Below, piece after piece: positions 57,401 through 64,000 of a stretch of DNA of 64,000 nt. The stretch is taken from IMG/VR virus record IMGVR_UViG_3300045596_000061, positions 32,565 through 96,564 of that record; one strand, 5' to 3'. The notes beneath the pieces are model-generated. The model was not told the DNA's origin. It was given only the letters and a program-made list of their open reading frames with translations, and did no database searches. The position numbers and the translations under genes are program-made. The stretch is from a virus (lineage: Duplodnaviria > Caudoviricetes). How positions within the stretch are numbered: position 1 is the stretch's first letter; the number at the start of each line of letters is the position of its first letter.

Positions 57401-57723
57401 GCAGAGATATAAATGAATCTACTGATGGAGGACAGGCTTGTCATATAAATTTGGACAGTCACTTAAGTAAAGAGCAGTATCTTAAACTTATAGATGTGGC
57501 AGTTAAAGAAGGAACTAATTATTTTACTTTTAATATACCAATGAGTGAATGTGCTGACTGTGGACATACAGTTAATGCTCCTATAAAAGAATGCCCTATA
57601 TGTCATAGCAAGCATATTAAATACTGGACAAGAATAATAGGATACCTTACTTGTGTGGATAATTGGTCTAAAGGAAGACAGATAGAACAGAAGAAAAGAG
57701 TTTATAATCATAAAATAGAATAA
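54403..57723 (+). CDS. nrdD: Anaerobic (class III) ribonucleoside-triphosphate reductase with intein
   Basis: ATP cone VVKRDG, TFPV, SCCR, CxxC/CxxC Zn site, glycyl-radical motif RIIGYL. Confidence 0.92.
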   Translation: MIVVKRDGKKETFNLTKITNALTKAFIACHIQVIDFNYKQKFTKYLCRRLGTKDIDTYEDIIDIEEVQNIVEDFLMAEYPKVAKAYILYREEHKQTRFIESRINYMESYSKDNTNAASASETDANSNVSSKNVANLEGEVYKTTNRNIQRHRMKFPLDKLFPKENLAGQYKSDLEKHIIYVQDEASTPVLKYYCGAYTLYPLMTEGVGNVDNITPTPPNDIPSFCGQVTNLAFLLTSQSKGACLYKNQKLLINNKWTSAKDFVEKNLSTENSFKDKEGSVWEYANVNSYEVFEEGKNVPINKVFRRKYKDKIYRIESNKGFIAETSKDHKFKVFRGNKIIEVTAENLKLYDTVFVNNNFCIDFNSADYKEGWIKGMILGDGCITQKNAVQLSITYGQEYYETIFNSYTKELYGFTLNRCKGHGCYQLEKSGEYPYNCIHSGIEGDNTFNKHLITLDRSNDFLIGVLDGILSSDGSDHHSISISLVNKHIIEEIQYILDVIHIKYFYKETEAHDNKAKLYTLNISSQVLKYTPNFQKKLKTNRIVKDIYYYSGYAKCGHKNPEYIESTTKNHFKYSSYNLDVITNISSFDNDDDYVYEIETASHWYNCGGFITHNCAFGDLLIVLNYYIIKEYGSQWYNKVDVSVSNEHCLKHKTILSEIRKGLKQFIYGVNQPAGNRSYNSPFTNVSFYDHNYFNAMFEGFSYPDGTKPEWAAIDKLQRIFMELHRELRLIKPLTFPVTTMALVNDGKDIIDKEYKELCAEEWAKGGSFFCYTSNDPTSLASCCRVLNKVNKNTFSSTTGMTGIMTGSCNVITLNLNRIIQDWYRRWHTREDGKKIAIDFTIEEYDDLKAYLINILERVYKYHIAYKTMLYDKEDKGMFCSSNAGYLYMKKLYSTIGVIGYYEAAKFLGLKTDNNKDYKEFLQLVLGTIKEQNKIHSIHDKKRPFLFNTEAIPGENVAIKLYDWDKKDGYYVPEDQNLYNCYFFNPWDNTSVLDKLKLHGRDINESTDGGQACHINLDSHLSKEQYLKLIDVAVKEGTNYFTFNIPMSECADCGHTVNAPIKECPICHSKHIKYWTRIIGYLTCVDNWSKGRQIEQKKRVYNHKIE
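55129..56244 (+). mobile_element. Intein (372 aa) with LAGLIDADG homing endonuclease in NrdD
   Basis: KGA|CLYKN start, block B TSKDHKF, GMILGDGC and GILSSDGS, YVYEIE...THN|C end. Confidence 0.92.
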
Positions 57724-57724
57724 T

Positions 57725-57955
57725 ATGAAAGTTATTAAAGTAATTTTTATAACAGCAGCTATAATTATTGTATTACTTTACTTAGTCTCTGTACTATTTC
57801 TTCCTTTTTCTCATAAAGAGTTTAATTATAATGGACATAGCTATATAGAGCTAAACAGTACTGTACTTCATAATCCTGATTGCAGGAAATGTGACTCTAT
57901 TCAAAATGCTAAATTTGATAAATTAGTAAATTCTTTAAAAATAGGAGATGAATGA
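57725..57955 (+). CDS. Small membrane-anchored protein with H.PDC..C motif
   Basis: N-terminal TM, GHSYI, HNPDCRKC. Confidence 0.6.
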   Translation: MKVIKVIFITAAIIIVLLYLVSVLFLPFSHKEFNYNGHSYIELNSTVLHNPDCRKCDSIQNAKFDKLVNSLKIGDE

Positions 57956-58125
57956 GTAAGAAAAGCTTTAGAAAAATCTATAAGAACATAGTAAAATCTA
58001 TATGGTTTAAAAAGGCTTATGAAAATAAATCTATTGGAGAAACAATAGAGATAAAAGATAGTCAGGAAATTCATAGTGGTTACTATAGTGATTTAGTAGA
58101 TAAACATTTTAATGAATTAATATAA
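57952..58125 (+). CDS. Small hypothetical protein, 57 aa (not in ORF track)
   Basis: MSKKSFRKIYKN...; ATGA overlap upstream, stop abuts nrdG ATG. Confidence 0.55.
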   Translation: MSKKSFRKIYKNIVKSIWFKKAYENKSIGETIEIKDSQEIHSGYYSDLVDKHFNELI

Positions 58126-58632
58126 ATGCTTAAATATACAGATACAGCAGTTACATTTGCTGAAATCCCTGATGAGATTACTTTATGTATTAACATAAGT
58201 AATTGTCCTATACATTGTAAAGATTGTCATAGTAAGTATTTATGGAAAGATATAGGTACTACACTTGATATAGATACTTTTAAGGGACTGATAAGAAGAA
58301 GTGAGGGGATTTCATGTGTATGTATAATGGGAGGTGATATAGAACCTAAAGAAGTAAATAATCTATTTAGTTCTATTAATCTTTATTCTGATATACTTCC
58401 TATTAAACATGCTTGGTACTCAGGAGAAACTAAGTTATCTAAAGACATAGACTTACATTGGTTTGACTATATTAAGATTGGTCCTTATATAAAGGAAAAG
58501 GGAGGATTAGATAATCCAAACACTAATCAAAAATTGTATAAAGTCATACATCATAATTATATGTTTGAAGATATGGATGAATTAAAAGACATAACCTATA
58601 AATTTTGGAAAAATGATACAAGTAATAAATAG
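58126..58632 (+). CDS. nrdG: Anaerobic RNR activating enzyme (radical SAM)
   Basis: CPIHCKDC (CxxxCxxC), MGGD, KIGPY, TNQK. Confidence 0.9.
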   Translation: MLKYTDTAVTFAEIPDEITLCINISNCPIHCKDCHSKYLWKDIGTTLDIDTFKGLIRRSEGISCVCIMGGDIEPKEVNNLFSSINLYSDILPIKHAWYSGETKLSKDIDLHWFDYIKIGPYIKEKGGLDNPNTNQKLYKVIHHNYMFEDMDELKDITYKFWKNDTSNK

Positions 58633-59176
58633 CCCAGAAGGATATATAGTAAGTAAACATTATAGGGGAGCTGATAATAATGTTATAATAGAATATAAAA
58701 AGGAAAACCATTTTAAAAAAGGAGACTTTCTACATTCAATATATAATGATAATATGATTATATATGATGAACCTATAGATGCACACTATGTAAATTCTAT
58801 CTACAGTAATACTTATTTAGATAATAAAGGTTGGGATATAGATTGCTTTAGACAGGCTACACAGATAGAAAAGAATACCTTTATTGAATATATGCATAAA
58901 AAAGGCTTTGATTGGGATTCTGATAACCTTAAAATATGTAAGTTTGTTTGGAAGCCTAAAGTAGGTGAAGAGTACTTTTATATAAATCAATATGGTTATT
59001 GTGTACAATCAAAGAATAAGGGAGAAAAAGTTGATGATTTACTTTTTAGTATAGGAAATTACTTTCAGACTCTTGATGAAGCAAGAGAATGTGCTAAAGT
59101 GTTATCATCCACTATAGTAAATTTAAAGAACCTTAATAAGCCAAGTAATAAGATGAGTATAATAGATGATATTTGA
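58613..59176 (+). CDS. Hypothetical phage protein
   Basis: FKKGDF, WKPK.GE.YFYI, GNYF.T.DEA. Confidence 0.6.
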   Translation: MIQVINSPEGYIVSKHYRGADNNVIIEYKKENHFKKGDFLHSIYNDNMIIYDEPIDAHYVNSIYSNTYLDNKGWDIDCFRQATQIEKNTFIEYMHKKGFDWDSDNLKICKFVWKPKVGEEYFYINQYGYCVQSKNKGEKVDDLLFSIGNYFQTLDEARECAKVLSSTIVNLKNLNKPSNKMSIIDDI

Positions 59177-59387
59177 AAGAACTGATATAGAAGAAAGACA
59201 AGAAGACCTTGCTATTAGGGTTATTACATTTAAGATTTTTGGTCTTATAGTCTATAAATCAAAAATGTCTACTGCTAATAGTAAAATAGTTAATAATTTT
59301 GTAAAGCCTGTAAGAAGAGTAAATTCTATTATAGGCTTTATTAATAATAATAATAAAAATAATGAAGATAAAAGTAAGAAGTATTAA
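59166..59387 (+). CDS. Hypothetical protein
   Basis: 73-aa ORF overlapping both neighbours. Confidence 0.5.
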   Translation: MIFERTDIEERQEDLAIRVITFKIFGLIVYKSKMSTANSKIVNNFVKPVRRVNSIIGFINNNNKNNEDKSKKY

Positions 59388-59871
59388 TCATAAACCTCTA
59401 TCCTTGGAAACTCTTGGAGAAGAAGCTGTTCCATTTAATTTTATAGAAAAAGGGGAGTGGATAGATTTAAGAAGCTCTATCGGAGTAAAAGCAAAGAAGC
59501 AACAGGATAAAGTATGCTATAGTATGATACCTTTAGGAATAGCAATGCAGCTTCCTAAAGGATATGAAGCTATAGTAGCGCCAAGAAGCAGTACATTTAA
59601 AAAGTATGGCATTATCATGGCTAACTCTATAGGGATAATAGATTCTTCTTATTGTGGTAATGATGATGAATGGCAATTTCCTGCTCTATTTACTAGAGAT
59701 GCTAAAGTAGGCTTTAATGATAGGATATGCCAATTCAGGATACAATTAAGTCAAAAAGCTACTGTTTTACAGAAATTAAAGTGGTTATTTACAAGTAAAA
59801 TTAAATTTGTATGGGTTAGTAATTTAGCTAATGATAATAGAGGTGGATTTGGTTCTACAGGTACAAAGTAA
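59362..59871 (+). CDS. dut: Trimeric dUTPase
   Basis: IDL, PRSS, GIIDSSYCG, RICQ, RGGFGSTG. Confidence 0.92.
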   Translation: MKIKVRSINHKPLSLETLGEEAVPFNFIEKGEWIDLRSSIGVKAKKQQDKVCYSMIPLGIAMQLPKGYEAIVAPRSSTFKKYGIIMANSIGIIDSSYCGNDDEWQFPALFTRDAKVGFNDRICQFRIQLSQKATVLQKLKWLFTSKIKFVWVSNLANDNRGGFGSTGTK

Positions 59872-59877
59872 TGAGAT

Positions 59878-60366
59878 ATGAAAATAATAGAAATAATTTT
59901 ATTTGCACTTATATTAGCTTCAATATTAACACTAATAACCAAGTTATATATTGATTCTAACAATAAGTTTAGTATATCATTTAAAGAATCTATGGACTTA
60001 ACAAAACTTCCTATAATAACTTTTGAAAATAATGGACTTAAATTTAATTTCTTATTAGATACAGGGGCTGATTTTTCTGTTATTAATGAAAGCTGTCTTA
60101 GTACTATAAATCATATTAAAACTAGTGAAACTGGAAAGGTTCATGGCTTTGAGGGAAACTATGTTGATACTACTTATGTTAATATTCCTCTTGAATATAA
60201 TGATAACCTGTTTACAGACTTCTTTCAGGTAGTAGATTTAAGTAAAGCATTTGGAAATGTAAAAGCAGAATATGGTGTGACACTGCATGGAATACTGGGA
60301 AACTCTTTCTTTCAGAAATATAAATATATACTTGACTTTAATAAATTAAAAGCATACATAAAATGA
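59878..60366 (+). CDS. Membrane-anchored retropepsin-like aspartyl protease
   Basis: N-terminal TM, FLLDTGA, GILG..F. Confidence 0.8.
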   Translation: MKIIEIILFALILASILTLITKLYIDSNNKFSISFKESMDLTKLPIITFENNGLKFNFLLDTGADFSVINESCLSTINHIKTSETGKVHGFEGNYVDTTYVNIPLEYNDNLFTDFFQVVDLSKAFGNVKAEYGVTLHGILGNSFFQKYKYILDFNKLKAYIK

Positions 60367-60578
60367 AAAGAATTAAATTAATTAATAACTCTCTTGAAGT
60401 AATAGAAGAAAAAAAGTATTTACTTAAGACTGATGGGCACTATCTAAGAACTGGTTATATGCTTGGCAAGGATAATAAAGATAATAAATTTGTTGATCCT
60501 GAAGGAGGTCCTATGATGATAGTAGATACTGTTAAGTATGATAAAAATAGAAAAGGGTATATTATAACTATAAAGTAA
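60363..60578 (+). CDS. Hypothetical protein
   Basis: FVDPEGGPM motif. Confidence 0.55.
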   Translation: MKRIKLINNSLEVIEEKKYLLKTDGHYLRTGYMLGKDNKDNKFVDPEGGPMMIVDTVKYDKNRKGYIITIK

Positions 60579-62980
60579 TGATATATTTTGTAACTACAAA
60601 TAAGGAACTCTTTGAGAATGAGCAATATAAGATAATAAGTCCTGATAAAGCTCTTACTATACTTAAAGATTGGTCTATCTTTCAGTTTGATACTGAAACT
60701 ACAGGAAGAGACCCTCACCTATGTAAGTTACTTTTAATGCAATTTGGTAATATTAAAGGAGATATACAGATAGTAGTAGACTGTACTACTATTTCTCCCT
60801 TAATATTTAAAGAATACATAGAAAATAACTGCATGATAGGGCAGAATCTTAAGTTTGATTTACAATTTCTATATAATTATAATATTATACCATTAAATGT
60901 GTATGATACTATGATTGTGGAGCAGCTTCTTTACTTAGGTTATCCTACTTTCTTATTAGGAATGTCTGATAAAATGATGACAGATTACTGTTATCTTATA
61001 TATAATGAAAGATTATATGACTCCTTTAATTCAAAGCAGAAAAAAGAATTTCTGTATAATAGTGGTGATAAGGGACGCAAAATAGCAGATTTCATATATA
61101 ATCATTCAGGAGCTTCCTTAAAGGCACTTACCTATAGGTATCTCAATATAGAAATGGATAAGAGTGTAAGAGGAGAAATTATATGGAGAGGTATAGATAC
61201 TGATGTAATTATATATGCAGCTACTGATGTGAAGTATCTATATGAAATAGTGAAGAAGCAACTTTATATATGCAAAGAGAAGAGTTGTATTAATGGTGCA
61301 AGGCTTGAATGTAACTTTGTTCCTGCTATAGCTTATCTTGAATGGTGTGGTATTAAGATAGATATTGATAAATGGAAACTTAAGATGAAATATGATAAAT
61401 CTATAAGAATGGTTTATTTAAAAGCTCTTAATAATTTTATCATAGCAGCTTCTTTAAAGAAGGATACTTATATTTCCTATATTTCATTATCAGATAAAGA
61501 AGAGGATGATTTAAGTAAAGAAAGAAAACTATATAAGGACTGCAATAGAGTTCCTGAGAATGATATAGTTAGTCCTGAAGGAGCTAAATTTGAAGCTTAC
61601 TTATGTAAAGTGACTAAAGAATTAAGCTCTAAATATTCTAAAAGAGACTTACAGGGAGACTTATTTGAAGGTTTTAATACAGAAACTCAGTGTACAGTTA
61701 ATTGGAATAGCTCTTCACAGGTAGTAGATATATTGAAGACTCTTGGTTTTAATACTAAAGTAATAGATAAGAAAACAAGTGAGGAGAAAGATTCTGCTCT
61801 TGAAAAAGTAATTAAGAAACAGAAAGGAATAAATGACATCTTCTTAAGTATTTATCTCAATTATAAAGAAGCAGATAAAGTATGTTCAACTTATGGACAG
61901 TCTTACTTGAATGCTATTAATCCAAAGACAGGAAGAATACATACTAATTTTCATCAATTAGGTGCTGCATCAGGTAGAATGTCATGTGGTTCACAGCAGA
62001 CTAATACAGACTTAGCTAAACTTAAAGGATTACCATTAAATACTAAAGACTGTGAGCTTAAATGTGCTTATCCTCAAATACAGAATTTACCTGCTGATGA
62101 TAGAACAAGAAGCTGCTTTATAAGTGAGAAAAGAAATAGTTTTTGTAGTTGTGACTATTCAGCATTGGAATCCAGATTAGGTGCTGATATTTACAATGAG
62201 AAGTCTATGATTAATGAATATCTACATGGTAGTGGTGATATTCATTCCCTTGTAGCTAAAGCATGCTTTCCTGAAGAACTTAAAGACATTCCTACAAATG
62301 AAGTAAAGAAAAGAAGACCTGACTTAAGAAAGAAAGCCAAATCTCCTGAGTTTGCAAAACAGTTTGGGGGAGGTTCAGACTCTATTAAGGACTCTTTGGG
62401 AATAACTAAAGAGGAAGCAGATAAAATAGGTAATGCTTATGATAAGGGTTTTCCAGGGGTTACTAAATTTGGTAATATGGGAGCAGCTAAAGTAAAAAAG
62501 AACGGTTATGTACTTATTAATCCTTTAACAGGACATAAGATGTATTGGTGTGACCATTCTTATTGGTGTATAGAGCAGCAGAGTTTTAATTCAGAATTTT
62601 GGGATAGATATAGAGCTATGAAAAGTACAATGCCCTATAATGAATTTGCTGAAACTTGGGAAAAGAAGAGAGTTACTCTTCATTTTAAAGCAGCAAGCAA
62701 ATGGGGTAGATTAAGTCTTAATGCTCCTACACAAGGAACAGGTATAATTATACTTAAGTATGCTATTACTAACTTCTTCAAGTACATAGTCAGTAATAAT
62801 TTGTTCAATATAGTTAAATTAGTAGATTTAGTACATGATGAGGCTTGCATTGAATATCCTGAAAGTATGAAAGATGTTCCTGATACTCTTAAGAAGTTTA
62901 TGGAGGAATCTTCTTCTATATTCTGTAAGAAACTACCTATTCCAGCAGATGCTGAAGTAGGAAAATATTGGATTCACTAA
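60578..62980 (+). CDS. polA: Family A DNA polymerase with 3'-5' exonuclease
   Basis: DTETTG, NLKFD, YAATD, GRMS, DYSALE.R, R..AK..EF...FG, NAPTQG, VHDE. Confidence 0.92.
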   Translation: MIYFVTTNKELFENEQYKIISPDKALTILKDWSIFQFDTETTGRDPHLCKLLLMQFGNIKGDIQIVVDCTTISPLIFKEYIENNCMIGQNLKFDLQFLYNYNIIPLNVYDTMIVEQLLYLGYPTFLLGMSDKMMTDYCYLIYNERLYDSFNSKQKKEFLYNSGDKGRKIADFIYNHSGASLKALTYRYLNIEMDKSVRGEIIWRGIDTDVIIYAATDVKYLYEIVKKQLYICKEKSCINGARLECNFVPAIAYLEWCGIKIDIDKWKLKMKYDKSIRMVYLKALNNFIIAASLKKDTYISYISLSDKEEDDLSKERKLYKDCNRVPENDIVSPEGAKFEAYLCKVTKELSSKYSKRDLQGDLFEGFNTETQCTVNWNSSSQVVDILKTLGFNTKVIDKKTSEEKDSALEKVIKKQKGINDIFLSIYLNYKEADKVCSTYGQSYLNAINPKTGRIHTNFHQLGAASGRMSCGSQQTNTDLAKLKGLPLNTKDCELKCAYPQIQNLPADDRTRSCFISEKRNSFCSCDYSALESRLGADIYNEKSMINEYLHGSGDIHSLVAKACFPEELKDIPTNEVKKRRPDLRKKAKSPEFAKQFGGGSDSIKDSLGITKEEADKIGNAYDKGFPGVTKFGNMGAAKVKKNGYVLINPLTGHKMYWCDHSYWCIEQQSFNSEFWDRYRAMKSTMPYNEFAETWEKKRVTLHFKAASKWGRLSLNAPTQGTGIIILKYAITNFFKYIVSNNLFNIVKLVDLVHDEACIEYPESMKDVPDTLKKFMEESSSIFCKKLPIPADAEVGKYWIH

Positions 62981-62989
62981 TAAAATAAT

Positions 62990-63475
62990 ATGAAAATATA
63001 CAAGTGTATTAAGAGTTTTGGTAGCACAGGCTCTAATAATGTTATATTTTCCTCTAATAATGTTATATTTTCCTTTAATAAGGGAAATCTTTATAGGGCT
63101 TATACTAAAGAAGAGGGAGATAATATAGTAGGAGATGATATAATCATTGATGAAAATAACAATAGAATGCCTATAAAGTGTATTAAAGATTTTCAGAAGT
63201 ATTTTATAGCAAAAAGTGGTTCTTTTGCGTTTTCTAAAGATAATCAGGATAATGTAAATCATCCTTCACACTATACTTGGCTTAAAGACAAATGCGGTAT
63301 AGAAGTAATTGATATTACAAGACATCTTGACTTTGATTTAGGCAATGCTGTTAAGTATCTTCTTAGATGTGGGCATAAGTCTGAAGAAGGAATGTCTGAT
63401 AAAGATAAAACTATTGAAGACTTAAAGAAGGCTATATGGTATATTAATGATAAAATAAATACTCTGAATAAATGA
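62990..63475 (+). CDS. DUF3310-domain protein
   Basis: DNVNHPSHY, GNAVKYL.R, EDLKKA.WY. Confidence 0.8.
   Translation: MKIYKCIKSFGSTGSNNVIFSSNNVIFSFNKGNLYRAYTKEEGDNIVGDDIIIDENNNRMPIKCIKDFQKYFIAKSGSFAFSKDNQDNVNHPSHYTWLKDKCGIEVIDITRHLDFDLGNAVKYLLRCGHKSEEGMSDKDKTIEDLKKAIWYINDKINTLNK
63031..63072 (+). repeat. Perfect 21-bp tandem duplication (in frame)
   Basis: ctctaataatgttatattttc x2, encoding SNNVIFS twice. Confidence 0.9.
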
Positions 63476-63699
63476 CTGCTGATGAATTAATTGAAACTAT
63501 TAGAGCAACTCATACAGACTTAAGTAATACCCCAGTAGTAATAATAAAGAGAAACAAAAAAAGTACTAATAACTACTCTGTTAGGAATATTAAGTATAAT
63601 GAGTATTTTAAAGAGTTTGAAATTGAGATTGAAACTAATGCATATGTTAAAATAAACAATGCACACTACTTAAAAGAACTTAAAAAACATACACAATGA
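63472..63699 (+). CDS. Hypothetical protein
   Basis: 75 aa, ATGA-coupled. Confidence 0.55.
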   Translation: MTADELIETIRATHTDLSNTPVVIIKRNKKSTNNYSVRNIKYNEYFKEFEIEIETNAYVKINNAHYLKELKKHTQ

Positions 63700-63860
63700 C
63701 AATAAAAGAATTAGAAGAGGCTATAAAGAGTATTCCTGCATGTACTCCTGATACATGTATCAGGGTATCTAAGAAGGGTAAAAAAGTAAAAACATTATAT
63801 TGGATTACTCATGTAGAGTATAATGACTCATTAAAAGAGGCTGAATTAGTAATAGAGTAA
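63696..63860 (+). CDS. Hypothetical protein, 54 aa, apparent paralog of upstream gene (not in ORF track)
   Basis: MTIKELEEAIK...VEYNDSLKEAELVIE versus MTADELIETIR...IKYNEYFKEFEIEIE. Confidence 0.55.
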   Translation: MTIKELEEAIKSIPACTPDTCIRVSKKGKKVKTLYWITHVEYNDSLKEAELVIE

Positions 63861-63881
63861 ATAAATAAAAATAAAATAGTT

Positions 63882-64000
63882 ATGATATACAATAGTATTA
63901 TACCTCCTAAAGGGTTTAAATGTATTAATTTATTTGGTATTGTATTTGCCAGAAAGGATGTAAAAGTATTACAAAGAGATATAAATCATGAGAAGATACA
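63882..64000 (+). CDS. Partial zincin-like protein, truncated by window end
   Basis: MIYNSIIPPKGFKCINLFGIVFARK...INHEKI; likely the start of an HExxH motif. Confidence 0.55.
   Translation, partial: MIYNSIIPPKGFKCINLFGIVFARKDVKVLQRDINHEKI

Noticed and set aside
1-64000. Stop-codon reassignment (TAG to Gln or TGA to Trp), known in some crAss-like phages
   Set aside because: Large genes are intact in code 11, and TAG/TGA end genes right before the next start (e.g. 3562, 41482, 51407, 38156)

Overview
AT-rich, roughly two-thirds of a crAss-like (Crassvirales) Bacteroidota phage genome, read in standard code 11. Structural names follow synteny with crAss001 and are inference. Left arm (1-31.9 kb, minus strand): late/structural genes (muzzle, ring proteins, tail hubs, auxiliary and major capsid, lysis, fibers, portal, terminase, GroES-like, Dps-like) and tRNA-Arg(TCT). 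A complete diversity-generating retroelement (target/VR-avd-TR-RT) sits directly after the portal gene. A divergent non-coding zone at 31.9-35.8 kb holds a candidate ~600-nt structured RNA, many hairpins and a tmRNA flanked by two more structured segments. Right arm (plus strand): replication and nucleotide metabolism (SF2 helicase, RtcB, DnaB-like helicase, Sak4-like ATPase, SSB, primase, Ung, nucleases, intein-containing NrdD, NrdG, dUTPase, PolA). The most notable feature is a four-gene cluster at 46.2-50.6 kb. Its motifs fit a phage-encoded ubiquitin-like conjugation pathway: Ubl precursor, E2-like Cys protein, JAB peptidase and E1/ThiF. All calls come from visual motif reading; no database searches were run.
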